Shown here: one piece after another, positions 28,286 to 38,248 of the stretch
Layout: each line of letters starts with the position of its first letter
Position numbering within the stretch: the stretch's first letter is position 1
Origin: Nostoc sp. DedSLP01
Lineage (GTDB): Bacteria > Cyanobacteriota > Cyanobacteriia > Cyanobacteriales > Nostocaceae
Direction of reading: 5' to 3'
NCBI GenBank assembly: GCA_034530875.2
Contig: JAVRCJ020000025.1
Location: forward strand, 49,824 to 113,823
Length of the DNA: 64,000 nt
Position numbers and translations under genes: made by a program
The notes under the pieces: model-generated
Seen by the model: the letters and a program-made list of their open reading frames with translations, nothing else
What the model was told of the DNA's origin: nothing
Database searches by the model: none

Positions 28286-29992
28286 CTACTCCCTCTGCTT
28301 CCCTTGCTCTTGAGAAGTGGGAAGTTGAGGATTTGATGGTCGGAATGACTGGGAAATTGTCCCATTCCAGATTTGATTAAATTGCTCTGGTGTCAAGGAT
28401 TGCAAAAGACTGAGATTGAAAGGCTCTTTACTAATAAATGTGGCGTAAGATGGCTGTAAATAGGAACGGTATTCAGGGCGGTTGAGGAGATGAGTTTCCA
28501 CAAAAGCTACACTGAGGGCATTGAGATAGGAATAAACAGGAGCAGGATTAGGGCCTAATAAAGCAGGCGGCACGGGTAGTACATTATTCTCAGGAGTAGG
28601 TTCGGCGGTTGCTGAAAAGTGGGTGGCGTTTTCGATCAAAGCGAGGTATTTATTGGAGTCAGAAAGCCAGATAAAAGGAAGAATCTGTTCTGATACAGGT
28701 GGCGCGAAAATATCTTGGCTACCAGCTACCAACATTACCGGAATTTTAATTTGACTGATGCCGGCTTCGCCCAAAACTGAACTGTCAATGGGATTAATAG
28801 CAATGGCTGCCTTGATGCGATCGTCTTTGAGCTGATAATTTTTTGGCGATAACTCAGCAGCTTGACACTGTAACAACAGCGACAAATTAAAAAACGAATT
28901 GTTAGGATTGCAGTCTTGGTAGAGTTGCCTAAAGTTAATCGTTGCTCCTGCCAGAGTTAAAACAGTATAACCACCAAAAGATTGACCGATCGCTGCAATT
29001 TGCTGAAAATTCAGTTTTCCTTGCAGGGAGGCATCGGATTTGTCCAAACGTTCGAGTTCATTGAGTAAATACTTGATATCCAAAGGTCGGTTAATAAATT
29101 CCGATGGTTCTGGCGGCCCGGCCAAACCTGCAAAATATAGCTGAAAGCGTTCGGCATTACTACCAGGGTGTTCTAGTACCGCAACCGCAAAACCATAAGA
29201 TGTGAGATGTTGAGCTAGATAAGCAAAGGTAGTGCGATCGGAGGCGATACCATGAGAAATTACGATTAAGGGATAGGGTGGTTTTGCTTGGCTTTGTGAA
29301 TTGACTTGAGGTAAATATATATCTACTGGGAGACGACGGTTTCGAGAAACATCATTAAGTTCCAAGGTTCTTTTCTGCCAAAGGAATTTTCCGGGCGATC
29401 GCAAATCTGGTTGTTGTGAGAAATCAACCTTTGAATTGGCTGCGGCGGCGGTCGCTTGTTGTTGCAAATAAGCTATAACTTCATCCTTTCTTTCCAACAG
29501 TTGTGACAAATTATCGACTATCCTTAGCCCCTCAGAAAAATTCAGCCTGATAGTATCGCTGGGAAATCTCCGCAGTAAATTCACGACGGTCAAGCCATCT
29601 TTATCTGCGGCAGATATAATCAAAGCCGCACGTATGGCATAAAAACCATTTTGTCGAGACTCAGTAAGGAGTAATTCTCCCAGACGTTGTATCACCTCTT
29701 CACCTATAGGCGAATAGGTAACCTGAGATACCAGCGTGGGGCTAATCTGAAAGCGCTGCTGGAGTAGAGTCCGCAATTGGGCGAGTTGTTCGGGAGTGGC
29801 GCGACTGGCATAAAAGGAAAAGTCTTCGTCAATTTTGCCTTCTTTGGCAAAAGTTTCCAGCGAGTTCACAGATAAAGAGAATTCGCCGAAGGGAGGGTAA
29901 TAAAAGCTAATGCGATCGGCTGCCAATCCGGGAGTAGCAGTCAAAAACGTAGATACAAAACCTAAACCCAGATATCGCCAAAATTTTTTCAT
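28286..29992 (-). CDS. DUF1400 + alpha/beta hydrolase (secreted, dienelactone-hydrolase-like)
   Basis: Signal peptide ending ALA-ADRI, DUF1400-type N-domain, SHG, GQSFGG nucleophile elbow, THFS. Confidence 0.88.
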   Translation of the reverse strand: MKKFWRYLGLGFVSTFLTATPGLAADRISFYYPPFGEFSLSVNSLETFAKEGKIDEDFSFYASRATPEQLAQLRTLLQQRFQISPTLVSQVTYSPIGEEVIQRLGELLLTESRQNGFYAIRAALIISAADKDGLTVVNLLRRFPSDTIRLNFSEGLRIVDNLSQLLERKDEVIAYLQQQATAAAANSKVDFSQQPDLRSPGKFLWQKRTLELNDVSRNRRLPVDIYLPQVNSQSQAKPPYPLIVISHGIASDRTTFAYLAQHLTSYGFAVAVLEHPGSNAERFQLYFAGLAGPPEPSEFINRPLDIKYLLNELERLDKSDASLQGKLNFQQIAAIGQSFGGYTVLTLAGATINFRQLYQDCNPNNSFFNLSLLLQCQAAELSPKNYQLKDDRIKAAIAINPIDSSVLGEAGISQIKIPVMLVAGSQDIFAPPVSEQILPFIWLSDSNKYLALIENATHFSATAEPTPENNVLPVPPALLGPNPAPVYSYLNALSVAFVETHLLNRPEYRSYLQPSYATFISKEPFNLSLLQSLTPEQFNQIWNGTISQSFRPSNPQLPTSQEQGKQRE

Positions 29993-30030
29993 GAGAAAAA
30001 CCTATTGTCTAACCCTGCCAAACAATTATT

Positions 30031-30062
30031 GTAGGGATGCACAGCTAACCGTGCATCCCTAC
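30031..30062. repeat. GTAG-type REP-like palindrome
   Basis: GTAGGGATGCAC-AGCTAACC-GTGCATCCCTAC; related copies at 22861, 32912, 35097, 40423, 44325. Confidence 0.8.
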
Positions 30063-30168
30063 AATAATCTGTATTCTACCCAGTTAAAATCGCTGTAAAG
30101 TAGTAAATTTTTTAGCCAAACAGCATTTAATAGAGCGATAATAGATTATAGAGATTGAGATACTTTAT

Positions 30169-30363
30169 ATGTCTTTCCCTTCTTGTTCCTCTTGTGTTGT
30201 CATCCTCAATCAACAACAGGAGCAAAATATTTCTCACCAAAAACAGTGTCAGGATGTGCCAGTTAAGCACAGCACAAATACTGCTGAAAATTGTACTGTA
30301 GTTGAAAATGGTCGGGTTGTGGTTAAGCCCTCACAACCACCAGTTAATGAGACTTCCGAGTAA
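30169..30363 (+). CDS. Small hypothetical protein, 64 aa
   Basis: ATG-start ORF filling the gap between the hydrolase and the K+ channel; four Cys. Confidence 0.45.
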   Translation: MSFPSCSSCVVILNQQQEQNISHQKQCQDVPVKHSTNTAENCTVVENGRVVVKPSQPPVNETSE

Positions 30364-30384
30364 AAAGTCAAAAGAGTGCTACTT

Positions 30385-31308
30385 TTAACCGATTTCATCT
30401 AAAGGTAAAACATCGTGGAAGCGGTTGTAGTCGATGTAACGATGTCCATCACCTGTTTCGTGGAAAATATCGGCAAAGCGATTATTCCACAAAATTTCCC
30501 TAGCACTATAAGTATGACGGGCATGGACGACCTGAGCAACTGTTTCATCAATACCACTCAAAGAAATTATCAGCGTCGAATTTGTCTGGATTAGTGATTC
30601 AGTCGTCATTCCATATAAAGGGCTAAATTCATCAATCACATGTACCACTGACCAGCTTAAGGAAAAGCTAGGTGTTTGGTTCCGCAACAGTTTCAAATCG
30701 TAGATTCGACGCATAAACTGGCCTTCTGCCGTTACTTCATCCCGCATCAAATACACTCGCATCTGCGCTTCTAAAATCATGTTGCGGCGCTGATTAGCGG
30801 TGCGGAACATCAAAGTCGGCTTGGCATCATGAACTGTAATTAATGCTACACGGCTAAACATGACGCGGGCGGTCGGGCGAGAGAATCGAGCAAAGGCTAG
30901 TCCAGTCATTACAGCAATTCCCACCAAACCGATCATCGCTTCGATAGTGACAATGATATTGGCGTAAGTTGTTTTCGGATACATTGCCCCGTAGCCAATG
31001 GATGCTAGGGTTTGGACGCTAAAGAAAAAAACGTCTAAAAAAGAGCCTGGTCTAGCGTTGGCGATACAATCTCCTCCTAGCAAGTAAGCTAGGGCAAACA
31101 GAGCATTAATAGTTAGATAAAACAGACAAATTAGTATTAAAAAGCCAGTCCAGGGAATTGTCAGCAGCAAATGGTAGGGATCGCGCCAGTAGGAATACCA
31201 TACACCCATACCCATAATCTCAAACTTTCCATCTCGAACTTGAATGTGAATTGGTGGGAACAAACGCTGTTGTTGCTTGCGTAAAAGTCGCTTGACTCGA
31301 AATTTCAT
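30385..31308 (-). CDS. Inward-rectifier potassium channel (KirBac family)
   Basis: DPYH.LL...W, FFSVQTLASIGYG pore, ARFSRP, FR.AN.R, IDYNRFH. Confidence 0.93.
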   Translation of the reverse strand: MKFRVKRLLRKQQQRLFPPIHIQVRDGKFEIMGMGVWYSYWRDPYHLLLTIPWTGFLILICLFYLTINALFALAYLLGGDCIANARPGSFLDVFFFSVQTLASIGYGAMYPKTTYANIIVTIEAMIGLVGIAVMTGLAFARFSRPTARVMFSRVALITVHDAKPTLMFRTANQRRNMILEAQMRVYLMRDEVTAEGQFMRRIYDLKLLRNQTPSFSLSWSVVHVIDEFSPLYGMTTESLIQTNSTLIISLSGIDETVAQVVHARHTYSAREILWNNRFADIFHETGDGHRYIDYNRFHDVLPLDEIG

Positions 31309-31400
31309 TGGGGGTAGCCAAAAGAACGGCAAGTAGATAGTATGACTAGGGTTGAAAAGTACAGTGCAGTTGCAAATAAGTTGCTAGTGGTGTATCGCTA

Positions 31401-32582
31401 ATGAATCGAAATTTCTGGATTACTGCTTTAATTGCTTTTATTAATTCCCTCAGTTTTACAGTTTTAATTCCTATTATCTATCTTTATGGCAAACAATTTG
31501 GCCTGAGTGATTTTGAGACGAGTTTGTTATTTTCGATTTATTCCATAGCTCAGTTTTTTGCAACTCCAGCGATCGGGAAACTATCGGATCGCTTTGGACG
31601 CAAACCTTTGCTAATTATCAGTTTAGCCGGAACTGCGATCGCTAACGTAATAGCTGGAACGGCAACAACAGCAGCGATGCTTTTTCTAGCTCGACTTTTA
31701 GATGGCATCACCGGCGGCAATGCTTCGGTAGCTCAAGCAATTATTTCAGATATTACCGTTCCTCAAAAGCGCGCCCAAGCTTTTGGAATTTATGGAGCAG
31801 CATTAGGATTAGGCTTCGTACTCGGCCCGGTTACCAGCTTGTTGGCACAACAGATTTCTTTGGGATTTGGATTTATAGTTTCTGGTGCAGTTGCATTCGT
31901 AGCTTTGTTAATTACAATCTTTTTATTACCAGAAACTCTGCCTATCAAAGCGGACAAAGCACAAAATATCTTTGATTTAGGTTTAGGAAATCTAATTAGA
32001 GGTTTAGCCATGCCTAAAGTTGGCATACTTTTAATTATCAACTTTTGTATTGGTACAACCTTTACTATTTTTACTTATGCTTTTCAGCCTTATTATATTA
32101 ATGTATTAGGTCAAAATAGCCAGTCTTTGACTCTCTTGTTTTTAACATTTGGAGTCTTGGGTGTAATCATGCAAACTGGGGGAATTTCAATTCTTAATAA
32201 GAAGTTTAATACAGTTAAAATATTATTTTTAGGTTTATTTTTTAGAAGTTTGTCATTTGTACTAATGCCAGTTTTTCCCAGCATTATTTATTTTGTAGCA
32301 GTCAGTATACTTTTTTCGCTATTCAATTCTCTAGTTCAACCCATGATTAGTACGCTAATTTCTCTAAATACCAAGGCAGAGGAGCAAGGGACTGCAATGG
32401 GATTGAACGCATCTTATTTAAGTATTTCCAATGGAATTGGCCCTGTAATTGCAGGAATGTTAATTCATCAATCTAATCCGAAAACTTATGGCTATCCGTT
32501 ATATTTAGCTGGAACATTTACTTTTTTAATATTACTTTTAGCAATTGTTACTCGCAAAAAATACACACCTCAGGTTAATTAG
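31401..32582 (+). CDS. MFS transporter (TetA/DHA1-like)
   Basis: GKLSDRFGRKP motif A, ARLLDGITGGN, G...GP motif C, about 12 TM helices. Confidence 0.92.
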   Translation: MNRNFWITALIAFINSLSFTVLIPIIYLYGKQFGLSDFETSLLFSIYSIAQFFATPAIGKLSDRFGRKPLLIISLAGTAIANVIAGTATTAAMLFLARLLDGITGGNASVAQAIISDITVPQKRAQAFGIYGAALGLGFVLGPVTSLLAQQISLGFGFIVSGAVAFVALLITIFLLPETLPIKADKAQNIFDLGLGNLIRGLAMPKVGILLIINFCIGTTFTIFTYAFQPYYINVLGQNSQSLTLLFLTFGVLGVIMQTGGISILNKKFNTVKILFLGLFFRSLSFVLMPVFPSIIYFVAVSILFSLFNSLVQPMISTLISLNTKAEEQGTAMGLNASYLSISNGIGPVIAGMLIHQSNPKTYGYPLYLAGTFTFLILLLAIVTRKKYTPQVN

Positions 32583-32665
32583 AGTTATTGGATAAGTAGG
32601 GAAAATAGATATAGCGGTTCCTGCATGGGTGAGCTACACAAAAGAATAGATCCTCGTTGGGGCTT

Positions 32666-32829
32666 CATTGGTGTCAACTTAACGTGAAACCCTTGAAAAG
32701 ATGTGATATTCACTTATCTCACTTACTATCAAGATCCGCGTTACCCCACCCCGATTTTGGCTTTAGACAAAATCGGGGTGGGGTGAAACGCATGTGGGAT
32801 AAGCGTTTGAGCTTAAGTTGACACCAATG
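32666..32829. mobile_element. MITE copy 2 (164 bp), same family as 22879-23065
   Basis: Perfect 17-bp TIR CATTGGTGTCAACTTAA / TTAAGTTGACACCAATG; internal ACCCCACCCCG...CGGGGTGGGGT hairpin; right flank is half of a REP-like palindrome. Confidence 0.85.
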
Positions 32830-32954
32830 CAAAGCTTTGCGCTCCTACTGATATACCTGATTCAAATGATAATTACTATAAACAAAAAGCTGAAATTATA
32901 AGCAAAAAAAATAGGGCGTGCAATGCTCACCCTACTGATTTATCTGCTAGAAAC

Positions 32955-33857
32955 TTATTTTTCAGGATTTATTTGCTGACCTTTAGAACAGCGGTCAAAC
33001 CACTCCTGGTATTTTTTCTGGTGTGATTCATCTTCAACAGAAATTGCAACTCGCACGCGGTTACATCCGTGGTTTTTCTCAAGTGCGATCGCATTTAGCA
33101 ACAAACTAGCAACTTTAGGTGAATTAAATTCGCCACTGACTGTTAAAGCACCATTTAAATGCGTAACTTCAAATTTTTCTTCTTGATTCAACTCTAGTCC
33201 AGAAATTTCGCCTTGGGTTAAATCAATTTCTGCAAGTTGCTTGTGTTCTGGGCTGACTTGTTCGACGATTAATTTTTCCACCCGAACAGGAACTTGTACC
33301 ATGCGGGTTTCGATTTCTTTGCGAACAATTACTTCACCAACTCTACGCTTATTACTTTCAACAACTAATCGTTCTTCTAGTAAACGAATAATCTGTTCTT
33401 CACTACCGTCTTCTAAATGTACTGCCTCGATAGAATTATTTGTGGTTTGATTATAAGCTAATTCTTTACTTGAGTTATCTGATAGTTCAGAGATTTTGCG
33501 GCCGCCTGGTGTTTCTCTTTCTAAATATTCAGGCATATACTCTATTTCTGATTGTTTTAGATCTAAAAAAACTGATTTAGTCGGGTTATCTATTTTTTTT
33601 ACTCTCTGGCTCTGGACTTTGAATAAAGAAGTATGTTTACCGGCTAAATGTTGACCAGATGCTATAAATTGTTGATTAACTTGGTTAGAGATAACTAAGT
33701 TGAGCCGATTATCTGCATCCACAATTAAATCTTGAACTTTCCCTACTAGCTCACCTTCACTATCGAACACAAAAAAATTTTTCACCTTGTTTTTTAATTT
33801 TGCTAGTAAGGTGTTAGTGTGGCTATTTGTGCTTGCTTGTGCAATGTTGTTTGCCAT
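32955..33857 (-). CDS. PRC-barrel + YsnF/AvaK (DUF2382) domain protein, divergent paralog
   Basis: VFDSEGELVGKVQDLIVD PRC; IRLLEERLVV...VGEVIVRKEIET...VPVRVEKL. Confidence 0.85.
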   Translation of the reverse strand: MANNIAQASTNSHTNTLLAKLKNKVKNFFVFDSEGELVGKVQDLIVDADNRLNLVISNQVNQQFIASGQHLAGKHTSLFKVQSQRVKKIDNPTKSVFLDLKQSEIEYMPEYLERETPGGRKISELSDNSSKELAYNQTTNNSIEAVHLEDGSEEQIIRLLEERLVVESNKRRVGEVIVRKEIETRMVQVPVRVEKLIVEQVSPEHKQLAEIDLTQGEISGLELNQEEKFEVTHLNGALTVSGEFNSPKVASLLLNAIALEKNHGCNRVRVAISVEDESHQKKYQEWFDRCSKGQQINPEK

Positions 33858-33885
33858 CGGTTAGCTATTAGTAAAAGTGATTGAG

Positions 33886-33970
33886 GATTGGGTATTGGGG
33901 ATCGGGGATTGGGTATTGGGTATTAGGAAAATTCCTAGTCCCTATTCCCCAGTCCCCAGTCACCATTTCC
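33886..33970. repeat. STRR inverted pair between avaK-like genes
   Basis: gggtatt/gggatt repeats then ccccagt repeats. Confidence 0.8.
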
Positions 33971-33972
33971 CG

Positions 33973-34857
33973 TTAGCGTTCTTCAATGGGAAGATTAGGA
34001 GCATTTACGTCTAACTCTTCACGACGTATAGTTTCTTGAGCTTCTACTGTCTCTTGGTCTACTACTTTTCTAACTCTGACTTCTTCCCGCAAAACTGCTT
34101 CTTTGCGAATATCAGGAGTTTCTTCATAGATTTCCACACGAGCAACTTCGCCTTCGCGGAAGTCTGCTTCACCTCTAGAAACAGGCGTACCTGCATCAGC
34201 AGGAGTTACGCGCTCAATCACAACTCGCTCTTTTTCTACTGGTACTGCAACTCGCGCAGTTTCAGTTTCAATGTGTTTACCAATTGTTACTTCTCCAGCT
34301 TTGCGGCGTTGTTTATTGGCGATTAGGCGTTCTTCGTACAATCTCAAAGTTTGATTGTCTTGTTCGTTTAAATTGTATAAAGAAGGCTCATGTTCGTATG
34401 TGTAGTTATCGCGGCTGTAAGTAGGAGTCGAATAGCTTGTATCCAATGGTGCTGATGCTTCTAGAGATGCTGAACCTTCTACAGGAGGGCTGTATTCTCC
34501 AGGCTGGCGATATACTCCACGCACCCGTTCTTCATAGTCGTAGTCAAGCGCTAAGCGTTCATTGAATTCGGGTAAATCTTCTGCTTGCTCTCTAGTCAAG
34601 CCAATTGTGTAGACGCGATCGGTATTGTAGTCAATACGGCTGCGGCCAATTGGTAGTAATACTTTTTTACCAAAAATCCAAAAGCCTAAATCAACTACTA
34701 GATAGCGGATATGACCGTCGTCATCTACTAAAACATCGCTAACAGAACCAATTTTTTCATCAGTTCCTTGGGTATAGACACCAAGTCCCTTAATGTCATG
34801 TCCATCAAAACTATCACGGTAGTTAGGCTCAAAATCTTCTAATTTGTAAAGAACCAT
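33973..34857 (-). CDS. avaK: PRC-barrel + DUF2382 protein, AvaK (akinete marker)-like
   Basis: EKIGSVSDVLVD...RYLVVDLGFWIFGKKVLLPIG; LRLYEERLIANK...EEVRVRK...IRREEL. Confidence 0.8.
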   Translation of the reverse strand: MVLYKLEDFEPNYRDSFDGHDIKGLGVYTQGTDEKIGSVSDVLVDDDGHIRYLVVDLGFWIFGKKVLLPIGRSRIDYNTDRVYTIGLTREQAEDLPEFNERLALDYDYEERVRGVYRQPGEYSPPVEGSASLEASAPLDTSYSTPTYSRDNYTYEHEPSLYNLNEQDNQTLRLYEERLIANKQRRKAGEVTIGKHIETETARVAVPVEKERVVIERVTPADAGTPVSRGEADFREGEVARVEIYEETPDIRKEAVLREEVRVRKVVDQETVEAQETIRREELDVNAPNLPIEER

Positions 34858-35096
34858 TCTGTTTTACCTCAAAAATTTTGTTTTCATCTCCTTGTTATTA
34901 AATTAGACAATTTATTTAGTTATTTACCTCCTTCTATCGAAGTAAGTTTATACAGAATAATTATCAAAAGTCATAGATATTTTCTCTAGTTTATAGTTAT
35001 CAAAATTAAAATCTAGGCAGAAATAAAAATTAAACTTTATTGTTAAATTTTATGAATATCTAGCAAATTTTTAATCGTATCGAGTGCAAATAATTA

Positions 35097-35123
35097 GTAG
35101 GGCGCACAGGCATGTACCCCTAC
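35097..35123. repeat. GTAG-type REP-like palindrome
   Basis: GTAGGGCGCACAGGCATGTACCCCTAC. Confidence 0.65.
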
Positions 35124-35218
35124 TAATTTGCTCAGATAAAAGTCTCGATTATCCAGTTACTTATTCCATAAAAACTCAACACTTATCAGACATATTTTTG
35201 CCTAATAATTGTTGAGTT

Positions 35219-36058
35219 TTAGAGAGTTTCATTTCTAGTGGTATCACCTTGCTGCACCTGTAACTCACCGTCAGCATTGACATTTAACTCTTCTCGGCGA
35301 ATAGTCTCTTGGGCTTCTACAGTTTCGCGTTCAACTACTTTTTTAACTCGGACTTCTTCACGTACAAACGCTTCTTTACGTATTTCTGGCGTTTCTTCGT
35401 AGATTTCTATCCGTGCTACTTCTCCTTCTTGAAACTGAAGTTCGTTGGTGTTAACAACGGTTTCTGCTTCTGTTGGTACAACGCGTTCAATCACAACTCG
35501 TTCTTTTTGAATCGGTACTGTAACGCGTGCGGTTTCTGTTTCAATATGCTTACCAACAGCTACTTCTCCAGTTTTGATACGTTGCTTATTGGCAATTAAT
35601 CTTTCTTCATAGAGTTTAAACGTTTGATGATATTGGTCATTCAACTCATATAAAGCTGGCTCTTTCTGATAATTATATGTATCGTCATAAGTTACGCCAC
35701 TATTTGGAGAACGAAATACACTACGTACTTGCTCTTCATAGTTGCTATCAATATTTGTGAGTTCTCGGTGATCCGGTAATCTTTCTATTTGCTCTCTGCT
35801 TAATCCATCAATATGGACACTTCTTGCTGGATAATTGATGCGCGAAAGACCAACTGGTAGTAAGATTTTTTTATTAACAGAATTTAAGTTGGTGTTAACA
35901 ATTAAATACCGAAAATGACCGTCGTCATCAACTATAACATCATCAACTGAGCCGACCGTCTCGCCACCCTCAGTATAAACATTGAGTGCTCTAACGTCAT
36001 CTCCACCAAAAGTATCTCGATAATTCGGATCGAATTGTTCAAGTCTATGAAGAGGCAT
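35219..36058 (-). CDS. PRC-barrel + DUF2382 protein, AvaK paralog
   Basis: C-terminal half closely parallels 33973-34857 (LYEERLIANK, GKHIETETARV, EIYEETP, VEAQETIRREEL). Confidence 0.88.
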   Translation of the reverse strand: MPLHRLEQFDPNYRDTFGGDDVRALNVYTEGGETVGSVDDVIVDDDGHFRYLIVNTNLNSVNKKILLPVGLSRINYPARSVHIDGLSREQIERLPDHRELTNIDSNYEEQVRSVFRSPNSGVTYDDTYNYQKEPALYELNDQYHQTFKLYEERLIANKQRIKTGEVAVGKHIETETARVTVPIQKERVVIERVVPTEAETVVNTNELQFQEGEVARIEIYEETPEIRKEAFVREEVRVKKVVERETVEAQETIRREELNVNADGELQVQQGDTTRNETL

Positions 36059-36402
36059 ATTCTGTTTCCAAATTCTTTACAATATTTATCAACTATTTTA
36101 AAAAATACTGTGTTGAATGTCCTCCTGCTGGCGACTGAATTAAATTGCGACATTTCACAATCTGTAGCTTAGATTTTCTAAGCGTAATTTCAAATTGCAC
36201 GCGAACATAATCAATAGAAATATAACTAAAGTTATAAAAAACCTTAGATACAGGACTTTTTAAAGAAGTCGGGTATTATATGCATCACAAAGAAATAATC
36301 GTATTTATTTTGCTGATTTATTGAACAGTTATCATCATCGAGATGAATTTGCTTCTAGTTGTGAGTTTCAAACTTAGAATAAAGCGATCGCCACATTTCA
36401 AT

Positions 36403-37992
36403 CTAGTGATAATTGCTTAATATTTTCACTAAATATTGTGTCAATGTAAACGCATCTACACCTAATTCTGTACGTTCTTGGGCTGCCAAAATTCCAGCTT
36501 GGGAATGCCACCAAGCAGCAGTTGCAGCGATATTTTCTACAGGAATTTGTTTAGTAACTGCTTGTGCTAATAATCCACCTAGTAGCCCAGTTAATACATC
36601 GCCGCTACCGCCACGCGCTAAAGCTGGCGTACTTTCTCCGACAATCCAAACTTGACTTTGGGGATTGGCTACGGCAGTTCTCGCACCTTTTAACAATACT
36701 ACTGCCCCACTTTGTGCTGCTGCTTCTCGTACTGCTTTGATGCGATCGCATTTTGCATCGGTGACATCAGGAAACAATCGCTGGAATTCACCTGTATGGG
36801 GCGTGAGTATGGTTAGTGCTTGGCGTTTTTGTAAAGTGGGGATCGTTCCGATTTGGGCGAGTATATTTAAACCATCGGCATCGAGAAGCAAAGGAACATC
36901 GCTTTCTATGACCTCTTGTACAATTGGGGTGGCATCCGTTGTTAAACCGGGACCGCAAGCGATCGCACTAAAGGAACTGAGATTAGTTTTTGCAGGTAGT
37001 TGCAATTCGCCAATAGCACCGGTTTGGGTCTCCGGACAACCGACAATCAGCGCTTCTGGCAAATGCGATACCAAAAGAGATTTCAGCGATTCCGGTACAG
37101 CAACAGAAAGCATTCCTACACCACTACCCCGCGCACCCAAAGCAGTTAAAATTGCTCCACCTGCATAACGCCGCGAACCACAAATCAGCAGTAAATGTCC
37201 TTCCTTATATTTGTGGGTAACCGCCGCACGGGGTAAAGGTAAAGTAGAAATTGCCGTTGCTGGTGTAATGCGTTTAATTTTCGGTACTTCTCCCAAAACA
37301 GCCTGCACATCAGCCAAAGAAATATCAAAATCAATTAACTCAGCTTTGCCGATATATTCCAGCGCTTGGTCTTGCAAAAAAGCTAACTTCCATAAACCCA
37401 AGCAAAACGTGTGAGTAGCGCGAATTGCAGTTCCTAATACTTCGCCTGTATCAGTGTGCAAACCTGAAGGTAAATCGATACTGAAAATTGGCATCGGCAA
37501 TTCATTGAACCGATTAATTGCAGAAGCGATGGGATCGGTAAGGTTTCTTTCTAAACCGAATCCAAATAACCCATCAATCAACAGATCGGAACTGGGTAAT
37601 TGCTCAATTTCTTGATAAATTGGAATGCCCAAACTCCGAGCATATTGCAAGTGCTGGGAAGTTAATTCTTTGAGCTTAGAGAAAGGAGAATAAACCCAAA
37701 TTTCGTAACCGCGAAAATGTAATTCACGCGCTACTACCAAAGCATCTCCCCCATTATGACCGGGGCCGACGAGAATACCTACATGAGGATTTGAGGAGAA
37801 AGATGAGGAGGTAAATTCTTGCCTTTGTCTGGGATTTGGGTAAATATCTTGAATGCTACAGGCAATTAAGCCTGCTACTTTTTCCATCAAAGCTGCTACA
37901 GGCATTCCTGCTGCAAAGATCCGCGCTTCAATATCGCGCATTTGCTCAGCATTTACTATTACTTGTGAAATTTGTTCTTGCCTATCTGACAT
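36403..37992 (-). CDS. nnr: Bifunctional NAD(P)H-hydrate epimerase/dehydratase
   Basis: LMEKVA, GPGHNGGD, IDGLFGFG, DLPSG; GPGL, LDADGL, LTPHTGEF, LLKGA, LARGGSGDVLTG. Confidence 0.95.
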   Translation of the reverse strand: MSDRQEQISQVIVNAEQMRDIEARIFAAGMPVAALMEKVAGLIACSIQDIYPNPRQRQEFTSSSFSSNPHVGILVGPGHNGGDALVVARELHFRGYEIWVYSPFSKLKELTSQHLQYARSLGIPIYQEIEQLPSSDLLIDGLFGFGLERNLTDPIASAINRFNELPMPIFSIDLPSGLHTDTGEVLGTAIRATHTFCLGLWKLAFLQDQALEYIGKAELIDFDISLADVQAVLGEVPKIKRITPATAISTLPLPRAAVTHKYKEGHLLLICGSRRYAGGAILTALGARGSGVGMLSVAVPESLKSLLVSHLPEALIVGCPETQTGAIGELQLPAKTNLSSFSAIACGPGLTTDATPIVQEVIESDVPLLLDADGLNILAQIGTIPTLQKRQALTILTPHTGEFQRLFPDVTDAKCDRIKAVREAAAQSGAVVLLKGARTAVANPQSQVWIVGESTPALARGGSGDVLTGLLGGLLAQAVTKQIPVENIAATAAWWHSQAGILAAQERTELGVDAFTLTQYLVKILSNYH

Positions 37993-38024
37993 CAGTGGTG
38001 AATGAAAAGTTAGGAGTTTGGAGT

Positions 38025-38130
38025 TATGGCAATTCTGTGTGATTTGTGAGAATTCGCGGTGTGTTTAGATCCCCGATTTCTTAAAGAAATCGGGGATCTT
38101 GTTTCTCACGAAAGATTTAGGATTGCTATA
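38025..38130. mobile_element. ~105-bp degenerate MITE-like element with an internal hairpin, flanked by an 18-bp direct repeat
   Basis: Ends TATGGCAATTCT..GATTTGTGAGAA / TTCTCACGAAAGATTTAGGATTGCTATA; internal GATCCCCGATTTCTT-AAAGAAATCGGGGATC; TAGGAGTTTGGAGTTATG on both sides. Confidence 0.6.
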
Positions 38131-38248
38131 GGAGTTTGGAGTTATGAGTTTTATATTACTGCTAATTGCTAGCTTTAACCCTGGCAAGGTGGGTAGAATT
38201 TCTGCACTAGAACTTCTCTTAACTCCTAACTTCCCACTCTCAACCTGT

